From Myxococcota bacterium (GTDB lineage: Bacteria; Myxococcota_A; Polyangia; HGW-17), in the NCBI GenBank assembly GCA_018821305.1, contig JAHJMN010000131.1:44106-108105 (forward strand): 64,000 bases of DNA, written 5' to 3'. The position numbers were made by a program, and so were the translations under genes. The notes under the pieces were generated by a model. It did no database searches and was not told the origin of the DNA. It saw nothing but the letters and a program-made list of their open reading frames with translations. Position 1 is the first letter of the stretch. The number at the start of each line of letters is the position of its first letter. Below, piece by piece: positions 9,045 to 19,066 of the stretch.

Positions 9045-10466
9045 ATGAACAAAGCCCTGATTTTTCTTTTTGGAGCAACAGGAGATCTCGCTAGAAAAAA
9101 ATTGCTTTTAGCAATTGGGAATCTTTATGCTGAAGGTTACATTTCAAGTGATTCTCAATTAATTTGTATTTCAAGGCGTAATTTTACAACAAAAGAATTT
9201 ATTGATTTTGCAAATATAAATAATAATCCAATAGTTAGTATAGTCAAATATATAAAAATGGATTTTCAAAATCCTGATCCAATAGAACTAATTGATATAA
9301 AAAACAAATTCAGTAAAGAAAACGATAGTTTTGTACAATTAAGTTACCTTGCTGTTTCCCCTGATTATTTTCTTCAAATGGTGGATGTTTTAAAAAAACT
9401 CGACCACGAAGAACACAGGATCGTTTTTGAAAAACCCTTCGGAAAGGATTTATCTCATGCGAAAGAACTTAATGAAAAAGTTCAAGAAAATTTTCCAGAA
9501 GAAAAGATTTTTCGGATAGATCATTATTTAGGGAAAGAGCTTGTCCAGAATATTTTCAATGTGAGATTTGGCAACAGGCTTTTTGAAGCTATATGGTGCA
9601 GGCAATATATTGATTCTATACAAATTACAGTTGCCGAGTCCACCGGTGTTGAAAAACGGGGGTCCTACTATGAAACAGCGGGAGCAACAAAAGATATGTA
9701 TCAGAATCATCTACTGCAAATTCTGTCCCTTGTTTGTATGGAACCGCCCTTGGATATGAATCCCGAATCAATAAGGGATCGTAAAACTGAGTTACTTCGC
9801 CAAATAAGGAAAATTGATAATAAAGACGTGGTATTCAGTCAGTATGATGAAGGATTCATTGATCTTGAACCGGTAAATAGTTATTGTCAGGAAGACAATG
9901 TTTACGAAGGCTCAAAAACCGAAACATACACAGCCACAGCGGTTTTTGTTGATAATGAACGATGGATGGGAGTACCAATATTTTTGCGAACCGGAAAACG
10001 GTTGGCAACAAGAGTAGCGGAAATTAATATTATCCTTAAAAAGCCAGAATCGAAGGTTCTGCATTCTCTCCTGGGAGAAGGAAATGAAAATATAATTACG
10101 ATTCGAATTCAACCAAGTGAAGGAATTTCCGTCAGTTTTATGGTGAAAGAGCCAGGTCCGGAAATGAAACTTGAAAAAGGACATATAAGTTTCTGCTATC
10201 CATGCCTATTTGCATTTAATACCATGGAAGCCTATGAACTGGCTTTGCTGGAAGCCCTTAACGGAGATCATACACTTTTTACAAGGTGGGATTTCGTGGA
10301 GACTTCCTGGGAAATTACTCAACAAATACTTTCTTTTCTTCCTGAGCAGATCATGGAGTTTCCGGATTACAAGGCGGGAACAGATGGTCCTGCCCGAGCA
10401 GAAAAACTGATTAGCAGGTATGGACGGAAATGGCTTCCACTTTTACCAACAATAGTTGAATCTTAA
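9045..10466 (+). CDS. zwf: glucose-6-phosphate 1-dehydrogenase
   Basis: 'FGATGDLARKKL' NADP-binding motif and the 'RIDHYLGKE' active-site motif are present. Length is 473 aa. Confidence 0.92.
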   Translation: MNKALIFLFGATGDLARKKLLLAIGNLYAEGYISSDSQLICISRRNFTTKEFIDFANINNNPIVSIVKYIKMDFQNPDPIELIDIKNKFSKENDSFVQLSYLAVSPDYFLQMVDVLKKLDHEEHRIVFEKPFGKDLSHAKELNEKVQENFPEEKIFRIDHYLGKELVQNIFNVRFGNRLFEAIWCRQYIDSIQITVAESTGVEKRGSYYETAGATKDMYQNHLLQILSLVCMEPPLDMNPESIRDRKTELLRQIRKIDNKDVVFSQYDEGFIDLEPVNSYCQEDNVYEGSKTETYTATAVFVDNERWMGVPIFLRTGKRLATRVAEINIILKKPESKVLHSLLGEGNENIITIRIQPSEGISVSFMVKEPGPEMKLEKGHISFCYPCLFAFNTMEAYELALLEALNGDHTLFTRWDFVETSWEITQQILSFLPEQIMEFPDYKAGTDGPARAEKLISRYGRKWLPLLPTIVES

Positions 10467-10470
10467 CAAA

Positions 10471-11649
10471 TCAGGAAATAAGTTCACGGGGTGTGAAGGG
10501 CGAAATTCTGCGGAGAGTTCTGATAATGTCAGGAATTACTGATGCAACATGGCGTACTTCTTCTTCAGTATTATAGATACTTAAACTGAATCGTATTGAC
10601 GCATGGCAAGTTTCAAATGGTTTACCCATTGCTCTTAGTACATGAGATGGTTCAAGGGATCCACTTGAGCAAGCGGAGCCGCTTGATGCAGCGATTCCCA
10701 TTTCACTGAGCATAAGTAAAATAGCTTCACCTTCAATATAACCAAATGAAATATTGGCAGTATTTGGTAAACGTTGGTCTCTATGTCCAATAAATTCTAT
10801 AGCTGGAACGGACTCAGAAATGAGATTTTCAAGAAGATCTCTTAAATATTTAACTCTGACGTTTTCTTCATCCATATTCATTTCAGCCAAATCACATGCT
10901 TTTCCTAAACCTGCGATCATTGCTACTGGCGTTGTTCCAGCTCTCCTTCCACGCTCCTGATGACCTCCAATGATAAATGGTTTAAACATTGTGCCACGTC
11001 TTACGTAAAGAGCGCCAATGCCTTTGGGAGCATGAAGTTTGTGGCCACTTATGGAAAGCATAGTAATTTGATTGTTTTTGAGATCAATTGGGATTTTCCC
11101 GGCAGCCTGAACCGCATCAGTATGAAAGATAACATTCTTTTTTTTCAGTTCTGCGGCAATTTCTTCAACTGGGAAAATTACACCAGTTTCATTGTTTGCC
11201 CACATAAGGGAAACAAGGGCAGTATCAGATCTTACTTTATTGATCACACTTTCCGGAGAAAGAAGCCCGTCGCCATCAACATCGAGCCATGTGATGTCAT
11301 AACCATTTTTTTCAAGGTATTCATAATAGTTAATAATAGCAGGGTGTTCAACTTTACTTGTGATAATGTGTTTTTTTCCCGGTTGAGACAAAACAGCACT
11401 ATTTATTGCTGCATTATCGCTCTCGGTTCCGCAGGATGTAAAAATTATTTCAGAGGGATCTTCTGCTCCCAGAAGATTAGCTACTTGAGATCTTGCTTTA
11501 TCGACAACATCACCAAGAGAACCTCCAAAATCATGCATACTTGAAGAATTACCATAGAGTTCAGAAAAGTAGGGGAGCATTGTTTCCAGAACTTCAGGAG
11601 CAACTCTGGTAGTAGCATTATTATCAAAGTAATAAATTTGATTTTCCAT
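10471..11649 (-). CDS. nifS: cysteine desulfurase NifS/IscS (class I aminotransferase V)
   Basis: PLP-lysine region 'SISGHKLHAPKGIGALYV' and the active-site Cys loop 'SSGSACSSG' are present. It is adjacent to nifU. Confidence 0.9.
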   Translation of the reverse strand: MENQIYYFDNNATTRVAPEVLETMLPYFSELYGNSSSMHDFGGSLGDVVDKARSQVANLLGAEDPSEIIFTSCGTESDNAAINSAVLSQPGKKHIITSKVEHPAIINYYEYLEKNGYDITWLDVDGDGLLSPESVINKVRSDTALVSLMWANNETGVIFPVEEIAAELKKKNVIFHTDAVQAAGKIPIDLKNNQITMLSISGHKLHAPKGIGALYVRRGTMFKPFIIGGHQERGRRAGTTPVAMIAGLGKACDLAEMNMDEENVRVKYLRDLLENLISESVPAIEFIGHRDQRLPNTANISFGYIEGEAILLMLSEMGIAASSGSACSSGSLEPSHVLRAMGKPFETCHASIRFSLSIYNTEEEVRHVASVIPDIIRTLRRISPFTPRELIS

Positions 11650-11653
11650 AAAT

Positions 11654-12541
11654 TTAATCCACGTTTATTACGTTTACGGTTTCTCCAAGGACTTGCTGTA
11701 GTTGATCTTTAATAAAATCTACAGTTATATCGCTATTGGCGCAACCATGACATTTGCCAATTAATCTCACGTAAATGTTTTCACCTTCTACATCAATTAA
11801 ATCAAGACCACCATGGTCAAGGCCAAGGGCAGGTCGGATTTCAGAATCCAGAATTTCTTCGATAATCTTAATCTTTTTATATAGGCTAACTTTGCTTTTG
11901 AGTTCCGGAGAAGTTGTTCCTCCTCGTACATCAACAGTCCGCTGTCTTTCAGGTGTAGTGGATGTTATCTCATTAATTATATCTTCAATTTTATGAAGAC
12001 AACTGCCACATGCTCCACCAGCTTTTGTATAGTTAGTAACCTGTTCCACAGAATTCAGGTGGTTTTCTTTTACAACCTTTTCTATCTGTTTGTCAGTTAC
12101 TCCAAAGCAATGACAAATGATTTTTCCTTCATCCTCATCGTCGTGTACAAATTTTTCACCTCTGAAGTTGGCAACAGCGGCTTCCAGAGCTTCTTTTCCC
12201 ATTACACTGCAATGCATTTTTTCTTCTGGTAGTCCATCAAGGTAATCGGCCAGATCCTGATTTGTCACAGCAAGAGCATCGTCAAGTGTTTTTCCTTTTA
12301 TTATTTCCGTCAGGGCACTTGATGATGCGATAGCACTTCCGCAGCCATAGGTTTGAAAAGAAGCATTGTGGATGACACCTGTCTCCTGATCGACAACCAG
12401 GTAAAGTTTTAACGCATCTCCACAGACCATTGAGCCAACTTCTCCAATTGCGTTTGCATTAGAAAGTTCGCCAACGTTACGGGGGTGCAGGTAGTGATCT
12501 TTTACTTTTTCAGAATATTTCCAGGCCAATTTATCCTCCAA
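11654..12541 (-). CDS. nifU: Fe-S cluster assembly scaffold NifU (three-domain form)
   Basis: An IscU-like N-terminal domain (GDALKLYL, GCGSAIASS), a central Cys-rich ferredoxin-like segment (CHCFGV...GGACGSC) and a C-terminal NifU/Nfu domain (CHGCA) are present. Confidence 0.85.
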   Translation of the reverse strand: MEDKLAWKYSEKVKDHYLHPRNVGELSNANAIGEVGSMVCGDALKLYLVVDQETGVIHNASFQTYGCGSAIASSSALTEIIKGKTLDDALAVTNQDLADYLDGLPEEKMHCSVMGKEALEAAVANFRGEKFVHDDEDEGKIICHCFGVTDKQIEKVVKENHLNSVEQVTNYTKAGGACGSCLHKIEDIINEITSTTPERQRTVDVRGGTTSPELKSKVSLYKKIKIIEEILDSEIRPALGLDHGGLDLIDVEGENIYVRLIGKCHGCANSDITVDFIKDQLQQVLGETVNVINVD

Positions 12542-12715
12542 CCAAAGATGAAAAGTCTTTGTTCCAGAGACAAATTAATGCGAAAAAAGATTGTGTCAAT
12601 GAAACAGAGTTCCTTAAAGTGAAAAAATATGGAGATTTCGGAATCCATAATTTGTGATAATTTGTATCTATATGAAAAAATTTATCTATTAGGATTAGTT
12701 GCTAAGAGAGCATAA

Positions 12716-13723
12716 TCAGATTCCATCGTGTTTTAGTTCTCTTGCGAGGATATCTTTAAGTGCATTTTCGGCTTTTTCTTCCTGAAAAATACCACTGTAT
12801 ACAGCACCAGTTATTGGCATATCAGTGTCATAAAGCTTCGATAGTTCAAATGTACTTCTCGATGTGGCAACTCCTTCAGCTACCTGAGTCATTCCTGAAA
12901 GAATTGATTTGACCGGTTCACCCTTCCCAAGACGATATCCAACTTGTCTGTTTCGACTAAGATTTCCAGTACATGTTAAAATGAGATCTCCAAGTCCACT
13001 TAGTCCACTGAAAGTAGGACCGCTGGCCCCCATTTCAAGTCCAAGTCGTGCAATTTCACTTAACCCACGGGTAATCATTGCTGCTCGGGTGTTAAGACCA
13101 AGACCCATGCCGTCAATTGCACCAGCGGCGATTGCCATTACATTTTTAAGGGCGCCACCAAGTTGGACACCGATAATGTCACTCGAAGAGTATAATCGGA
13201 AATAATTTAAGTGAAACAATTTGGCAAGTTTTTCTGAGAGATTAGAACTCATGGAAGCAATGGAAACAGATGTTGGATAACCTCTGACAACTTCTTCTGC
13301 AAAACTAGGCCCACTTAAAACTGCAAAATTTTCATCGACAATTCCGGGAAAAAGTTCTTCAAAAATCTGGGAAATGAGTTTTAGAGAACCTTCTTCGATA
13401 CCTTTTGATGCATTGATAATGATTTTAGAGTCAGAAATTGTTGTGGGAGTTATAGAACTCCAGACTGAACGAATGAATTGAGTTGGGACTGTATTAACGA
13501 TAATCTCCGCATTTTGAAGGACGCTATTCAGACATGGATTTCCGTGGATAGAAGAATTTATTTTAAGCCCATTTAAAAAAAGAGTATTTTCTGAAAGGGA
13601 ATTAATTGATTCAACAACCTCGGTTTCACGAGCCCAAATTTCTACATTATGACCAGCTTCTCCAAGTATGTGAGCAAGAGCTGTTCCCCATGCACCACCA
13701 CCGATTACTGCAGTTTTTATCAT
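12716..13723 (-). CDS. gpsA: NAD(P)H-dependent glycerol-3-phosphate dehydrogenase
   Basis: 'KTAVIGGGAWGTALA' Rossmann motif with GpsA family conservation throughout. The start was refined to MIKTAV. Confidence 0.9.
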   Translation of the reverse strand: MIKTAVIGGGAWGTALAHILGEAGHNVEIWARETEVVESINSLSENTLFLNGLKINSSIHGNPCLNSVLQNAEIIVNTVPTQFIRSVWSSITPTTISDSKIIINASKGIEEGSLKLISQIFEELFPGIVDENFAVLSGPSFAEEVVRGYPTSVSIASMSSNLSEKLAKLFHLNYFRLYSSSDIIGVQLGGALKNVMAIAAGAIDGMGLGLNTRAAMITRGLSEIARLGLEMGASGPTFSGLSGLGDLILTCTGNLSRNRQVGYRLGKGEPVKSILSGMTQVAEGVATSRSTFELSKLYDTDMPITGAVYSGIFQEEKAENALKDILARELKHDGI

Positions 13724-13819
13724 AAAAATATGCCTTTCGAATTTCGAATAATCTAAGATTTTCAAAAGAGGAGTGATCTTAAATTAGATATTTTTTTAAA
13801 TTCTTAAACGAAGGTATTT

Positions 13820-14017
13820 CTATTCGTCATCATCATCGCCAGTGTTAATGGAGGGAAATTTTTTAATATCTGCTCTTGCAATTTTCCAGGCTGTTTGAAC
13901 TATCCAGGAAAGTGAGCGATCCTGACGAGCCGCTTCTGCTTTGATTTCCTCAAGCATATCTACTGGAAAATAAAGACTTTGTTTTCGTTTATCAGTATTC
14001 TTTTTATCGGAATCCAT
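13820..14017 (-). CDS. small ribbon-helix-helix protein (65 aa) with acidic tail
   Basis: 'KQSLYFPVDMLEEIKAEAARQDRSLSWIVQTAWKIA' is a classic RHH/CopG pattern. The C-terminus is DDDDE. Confidence 0.45.
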   Translation of the reverse strand: MDSDKKNTDKRKQSLYFPVDMLEEIKAEAARQDRSLSWIVQTAWKIARADIKKFPSINTGDDDDE

Positions 14018-14150
14018 ATTTTACCTCCATATCCTTACATGTGCGCAAGAGTAATGAATCTGAAACAGAATACAAGTAAAAACTCTTAATAACTATCCTT
14101 TATTGACTTTTTTACTCAAATAGCATATGCCAGAAACAGGAGGTTTTATT

Positions 14151-14507
14151 ATGAAAACATGCGTACCAGTAACAGGAAAAGATCCTGAAAATTCAAATAT
14201 TAATCCACACTTTGGTTCCGCTTCTTTTTATGCTGTTTATGACTCTGAAAAAGATACAATAATTATAGAAGATGCATCAAAAGATGAACACGAGCACGGG
14301 ATGTGTAATCCTGCTCAGACGGTTATGAGCCATGGGGCTGATTCTGTGATTGTCAGTGGTATTGGTTTTAAAGCTATACAAAAACTAAATGCTGCAGGAA
14401 TCAAGGTTTTTCAAGCAGAAACATTTGATTTAATGAATGAAATAAACAAGTTGAAGAATGGTCTTCTGAAAGAGTTTGATAGTGATTCATCCTGCCATGG
14501 CCATTAA
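14151..14507 (+). CDS. NifB/NifX/NafY-family dinitrogenase FeMo-cofactor-binding domain protein
   Basis: About 118 aa with 'ASFYAVYD...SHGADSVIVSGIGFKAIQKLNAAGIKV', typical of the PF02579 domain. The start ATG at 14151 is preceded by GGAGG. Confidence 0.65.
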   Translation: MKTCVPVTGKDPENSNINPHFGSASFYAVYDSEKDTIIIEDASKDEHEHGMCNPAQTVMSHGADSVIVSGIGFKAIQKLNAAGIKVFQAETFDLMNEINKLKNGLLKEFDSDSSCHGH

Positions 14508-14542
14508 TTTTGCTTGTATTGAAAATGTATTTTTCCTAAAAA

Positions 14543-16501
14543 TCAGCAATATTTTTTTATAATTTTAATGAGACCTGAAATTCCAATAGGTTTTATTACA
14601 ACTTCGTTTATTCCCATGTCAGAAAGAGGTTCACCATCAAGTTTTTCCCCATATCCGGTGCATAGAATAACAGGGATATCAGTCCTGATTTTCTTTATTT
14701 CCTTAGAAAATTCAAGACCATTCATTCCAGACATAGTTTGGTCGGTAATAATCAGATCCCAATTATCAGCATTAGTCTTAAAAAAATTCAAAGCACGAAT
14801 AGGATTTGTAAAAGTATTGACTTTATAACCTACTTTTTCAAGAATTTGCCCCCATGTTTTAACAAGATCCAACTCATCATCAAGAAGAATCAGGCGACCC
14901 TGCGAGGTAGATGTGTAAGTTTTAAGTGGAGGAGATGCTTCTGGAAAATACAAGCGAAACTCGGTACCTGTTCCAACTTCGCTATTCACTTCAATTATGC
15001 CTTCATGATTATCAATGATCCCCCAGACAACGCTGAGTCCAAGTCCAGTGCCTGATTCCGCAGTTCTCGTAGTAAAGTATGGTTCAAAGATTCTTTTCAT
15101 AGTTGCATTAGTCATTCCTTTTCCGTTATCTGCAATAGATAAAAGGACATAACTAATGTCATCGTTTGAACGACTGTTTTTCAATGTGCTTTTTGTTATA
15201 TCAATTGAAATTCTTCCTGAAGCATTCCCAATGGCATAACTGGCATTTGAAACCAGATTCAAAATAACCTGTTGAATTTGGGTTTGATCAGCATTGATGT
15301 AGGCAGGATTTGTTGTTGGACGAAGTTCAATTTTTATATTTGAAGGCACCCATATTTTAACAAGATCGAGACAATCTTCAATCAACTCATGTAGATTAAC
15401 AGTAATTTTTTCTTCCCGGTGATGATGCGAAAAAGCCAGGAGTTGACTTATTATATTTCTACCTCGGCGAGCTATTTTTTTTATAGTATTTGCTTGTTCA
15501 CTAATCAAAACATGATCTTCAGGAGATTGGAAAATTAATTCGGTACTTCCTAATATAATTTCAAGGATGTTATTAAAATCATGGGCAATTCCTGCTGTAA
15601 AATTACTGATGGCTTCCATTCTTTGAAAGTGCTGAATGCGTTCATCGATAATCTTTTGAGTGCTTATATCCTCCATAATTGCCATCAATCCGGAAAAAGA
15701 AGAATCAGGATTAGTCATTGGAGTCAGGGAGTATCGGAGGTAAACTTGCTTTCCCCATTTTGTACGGTAACTATGTTCAAAAGTGCCGTTTGTTTTATTT
15801 GTCCAGCATTTAATAAAATCGTCGCTTATACCGGCTTCAACCAGAAGTGGATAGGTAAAAACGTTAATTTTTTTTGTTTCTTCCGCGGAGGGAGAACCAA
15901 GAATTTCCACAAGTTTTTCATTAATATCCAGGATTTTACCATCTGAATCAATGGTAATTATGCCCACTGAAGCGTTTTCGATAAGAGTTCGAAACTTTTT
16001 GTTTTCTTTGAGGATCCTATGATTTCTTGAATGATTCAGAGCCGCAGTTATTAAGGTAGAAATCAATTTGATTCTGTCTTCAAATTCTGGTGTTATAACC
16101 ATATCAGAAATGAGAAAATAGCCGCTTTCAATGGATTTATTGCAAAAATGAAATAATAAAAAATCCGGAAAGTCAGAACATCTGGAAAAACTATGGCACT
16201 TGGCAGGTGTTTTAATTTTATAATGTTCAGGTAGTTGAAGATCCGTTGTTGTTGAAAAAGCCCGGTGGAACAAATGGTTATTGTCAGACGAAATATAAAG
16301 TGCTTTAATATTATTATTAAGTTTGTTAATAATAATTCCCGCACCTTCCAGATCTGGAGTGTTTTTTGAAAAAAGAAGATCTGATATTTCTGTAAGGAAA
16401 TCGTCAGAATAAAAACCCATCATAATAAAAAAACCTGTAGTAATGAAAATACTCTGGTAAATTACCATGGATACAGATAAATTGTCGAGGTCATTTTTCA
16501 C
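14543..16501 (-). CDS. hybrid sensor histidine kinase/response regulator with PAS domain
   Basis: PAS 'SVGIITIDSDGKILDINEKLVEILG' is followed by HisKA 'AHDFNNIL', HATPase_c 'GTGLGLSVV', and a C-terminal receiver 'LILLDDE...IITDQTMSGMNGLE'. Confidence 0.85.
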   Translation of the reverse strand: MKNDLDNLSVSMVIYQSIFITTGFFIMMGFYSDDFLTEISDLLFSKNTPDLEGAGIIINKLNNNIKALYISSDNNHLFHRAFSTTTDLQLPEHYKIKTPAKCHSFSRCSDFPDFLLFHFCNKSIESGYFLISDMVITPEFEDRIKLISTLITAALNHSRNHRILKENKKFRTLIENASVGIITIDSDGKILDINEKLVEILGSPSAEETKKINVFTYPLLVEAGISDDFIKCWTNKTNGTFEHSYRTKWGKQVYLRYSLTPMTNPDSSFSGLMAIMEDISTQKIIDERIQHFQRMEAISNFTAGIAHDFNNILEIILGSTELIFQSPEDHVLISEQANTIKKIARRGRNIISQLLAFSHHHREEKITVNLHELIEDCLDLVKIWVPSNIKIELRPTTNPAYINADQTQIQQVILNLVSNASYAIGNASGRISIDITKSTLKNSRSNDDISYVLLSIADNGKGMTNATMKRIFEPYFTTRTAESGTGLGLSVVWGIIDNHEGIIEVNSEVGTGTEFRLYFPEASPPLKTYTSTSQGRLILLDDELDLVKTWGQILEKVGYKVNTFTNPIRALNFFKTNADNWDLIITDQTMSGMNGLEFSKEIKKIRTDIPVILCTGYGEKLDGEPLSDMGINEVVIKPIGISGLIKIIKKYC

Positions 16502-16563
16502 GCGGGGAAAACTTTTTATAAAGTAATTAGTTCGCTGTTAATATTAAGTAAAACCAGTAGTTT

Positions 16564-18024
16564 ATGGAAAGTAATATGAAATATCTCATTGTTTTAATTC
16601 TGTTTTCAATTTCTTCAAGGGCAATGGCTTCAAATTGCCCACCGGGAACATATTTTGACAAAGATAAGTTGAAATGTGTAGCTCGCCGTTGGGTTGCACC
16701 TAAAAAACTATACAAATTAGTATCTATAACTAACCCATCGCAGCCTGATCTTAACGAATATACCCCGGAAGTTCGTAAACATGTCCTGAGAGGTAATACT
16801 GCCTTTGGAAAAAAACTTTATCAGACCGCTGGCGAACATTACAGAAAAGCTGTCTTGATATCTCCGGATCGCAATCTCTACATAATTGCGGCAGATACAT
16901 TTAAAAGAGCTGGCAATCTAAAGAGTGCTCATGAATGCTATGAGGATTATATTGTAAATTTTCCAAGTGAAAGAAATATCAAAGAAATAAAGGCGCAGTT
17001 TTCACTTTTTGAAGAACTTCTGGAAAACCGTCGAGCCTGTTTGAGTGGAATAACCAAAGATTGTGCTATTCTTGAAAAATGGCTTAAACCCTTGTGTACA
17101 AAGGATTATCCAGGCATGTGTACTTCCCTTGGAGAGGTTCAGGAAAAATCAGGCAGGAATGATGAGGCGCGCAAGTCCTATGAGGTTGGTTGTATAAATC
17201 ACGATGGTCGGGGTTGTTACCTCGTTGCACAAATACTGAACAAAAAACTAAAAGAGAAGTCCGGGGAGAATGAAATATATTTAAAAAAAGCATGCCTTTA
17301 TGGTTTTGCCGTTGCCTGTGCCGACTCAATTAAAATACCAGAAGAAAAAAAGCCGGAAGAAATAAAGACTGTTGTTATTAAACCTATTGAAATTGAAGAT
17401 AAAACTCCGCCACCTCCAAAAACGATTATTAAATATAGAAAAATTATTGAGGGTTTGTTAATCGAAGGGGCAGTGGGTGTGAATGGTAAAATAGGAAAAG
17501 ATCTCTATAACAGGGAGGGCCCAAGTCCGGTTTCTTTCTGCAATCACGACAATGAGGAGTTCTGCGGCGAAAACGCCGGGATAAGTTTTTCAGGCCTCTT
17601 CAGGTTTCACAAATATATTTATGCCGGTGGTAGTATTCACTATGGAGCGTTTAAGAGGCTGGCAGATCAAACGGAAAATTTCATGCTTAATCTGAATCTG
17701 GAAGGTCGTTTATACCAGTTTGCCACCGAAAAACTTGGGTTTTATGGACTTCTTCAGGTAGGCACTATGCACAGAATAGTCAGTGATTCAAGTAACAGCG
17801 AAGATAGTTATATGCATGGTGTAAATATTGGCGTTGGCGGAGGCTTTTCGTTCATGCTCAATTTTTTAGCCATTGGTATTCAGGCCAAATTTTTTCAACC
17901 AGTATGGATAGATAACACTATCGAAGGTTCAATTGCGGGAAATTCAGCGAAATTTACAGCGGAGAGAGCGGAATTCAGGCATTACTTTGTCGGAGTAACA
18001 GTTACTTATTATCTTCCGTTCTGA
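16564..18024 (+). CDS. secreted Cys-pair/Sel1-like repeat protein with possible C-terminal beta-barrel
   Basis: A signal peptide is followed by Cys-pair repeats and a Pro-rich linker (KTPPPPK). The C-terminal half has alternating hydrophobics and ends '...YYLPF' with a terminal aromatic residue. The alternative start MKYLIV is at 16576. Confidence 0.45.
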   Translation: MESNMKYLIVLILFSISSRAMASNCPPGTYFDKDKLKCVARRWVAPKKLYKLVSITNPSQPDLNEYTPEVRKHVLRGNTAFGKKLYQTAGEHYRKAVLISPDRNLYIIAADTFKRAGNLKSAHECYEDYIVNFPSERNIKEIKAQFSLFEELLENRRACLSGITKDCAILEKWLKPLCTKDYPGMCTSLGEVQEKSGRNDEARKSYEVGCINHDGRGCYLVAQILNKKLKEKSGENEIYLKKACLYGFAVACADSIKIPEEKKPEEIKTVVIKPIEIEDKTPPPPKTIIKYRKIIEGLLIEGAVGVNGKIGKDLYNREGPSPVSFCNHDNEEFCGENAGISFSGLFRFHKYIYAGGSIHYGAFKRLADQTENFMLNLNLEGRLYQFATEKLGFYGLLQVGTMHRIVSDSSNSEDSYMHGVNIGVGGGFSFMLNFLAIGIQAKFFQPVWIDNTIEGSIAGNSAKFTAERAEFRHYFVGVTVTYYLPF

Positions 18025-19066
18025 CTTCAGTCCAGGCACAGATCCATGGTTTATGAGATGCTGGATATTTTACCAATTTTTCCGTTTCGTTCCATATACA
18101 TGGAGTCATTCCGTGACAAAGAGAAGAAGTTTTCAAGGTGGATGGGCTCAAACATACGAAATGCCAAATTCCCTTTGAATTCAGAATATAGCCGTTAGAT
18201 TTTGTGTCATATTTCGCAATTATATTATGTTGAATAAACCGGAGTTCTTTTATCTCTTCCTTATTCGGATCAGGGGAAAGCAATGAAGGATCCATTCGTA
18301 AACTGATATTTGCATTGAAAACTACGGGGGAAATTTTGAGATTTTGAGGGACCGAAGTAAGTGGCGGAACAAAAAAAGTGTTTGTTATTACAGAACCATT
18401 AGAACGGGAACCTCGGATGAAAACATAAACATATGGCTCATAATTGGCAATAACATCAATAGCATAAAGCATATACACATAATTGTTGCAAGAGGAAGTA
18501 TAAATGAGTTTTCCGGCTCCTTCAAAAAGAGTTGTCCATTTTCCATTTACTGGCTTGTAAAAACCATATCCCTCGGAAGGACCGAAAAACTCTTCAGGAA
18601 TTATCGCAAGATCGACTTTGCCATCGGTATTAAAATCAAGAAACATAGGGGGATCGGGAAATGAATAATTCTTATTAAGGTCGGTTGAAAAAGATAACTT
18701 AAATGTCTCTGTCTTGTTTTCCTTAATTTTATCACTCAGGTTTTCTTTGAAATTATTTACAATTTTTTCAGTGTAGGGTACCAGATAGGTTTTAATGTTC
18801 TCATCTGGTTTATTGCGTTTAAAAGATGACTTTGCTGATGCAACAAAAGTGTTTATTCCAGAATTATCAAAAGGAAGTTTTAGATTATTTTTTCCAGGTT
18901 TTTCTGGAAGAGTGGGAGTGTTTGGATCTTCTTTATTGCAAGAAAATATAGTAAACGGGATAAATAAAAAGCTCAGAAAAAAAATCCAGTAGATAGCTTT
19001 CTTGTTAAAAAATTCAGTTGTTTTAGAAACAATATTTAAATGTAATAAAATATTATTGTATTTCAT
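18002..19066 (-). CDS. lipoprotein, hypothetical
   Basis: Hydrophobic segment with lipobox (TIFSC). Start/stop overlap (19063-19066) with the upstream phosphoesterase gene suggests translational coupling. Confidence 0.45.
   Translation of the reverse strand: MKYNNILLHLNIVSKTTEFFNKKAIYWIFFLSFLFIPFTIFSCNKEDPNTPTLPEKPGKNNLKLPFDNSGINTFVASAKSSFKRNKPDENIKTYLVPYTEKIVNNFKENLSDKIKENKTETFKLSFSTDLNKNYSFPDPPMFLDFNTDGKVDLAIIPEEFFGPSEGYGFYKPVNGKWTTLFEGAGKLIYTSSCNNYVYMLYAIDVIANYEPYVYVFIRGSRSNGSVITNTFFVPPLTSVPQNLKISPVVFNANISLRMDPSLLSPDPNKEEIKELRFIQHNIIAKYDTKSNGYILNSKGIWHFVCLSPSTLKTSSLCHGMTPCIWNETEKLVKYPASHKPWICAWTEVRTEDNK

Noticed and set aside
10754-11544. ORFs 10754..10960 and 10960..11544 on the plus strand
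   Set aside because: They lie fully antisense within nifS, which has unmistakable PLP-enzyme motifs.
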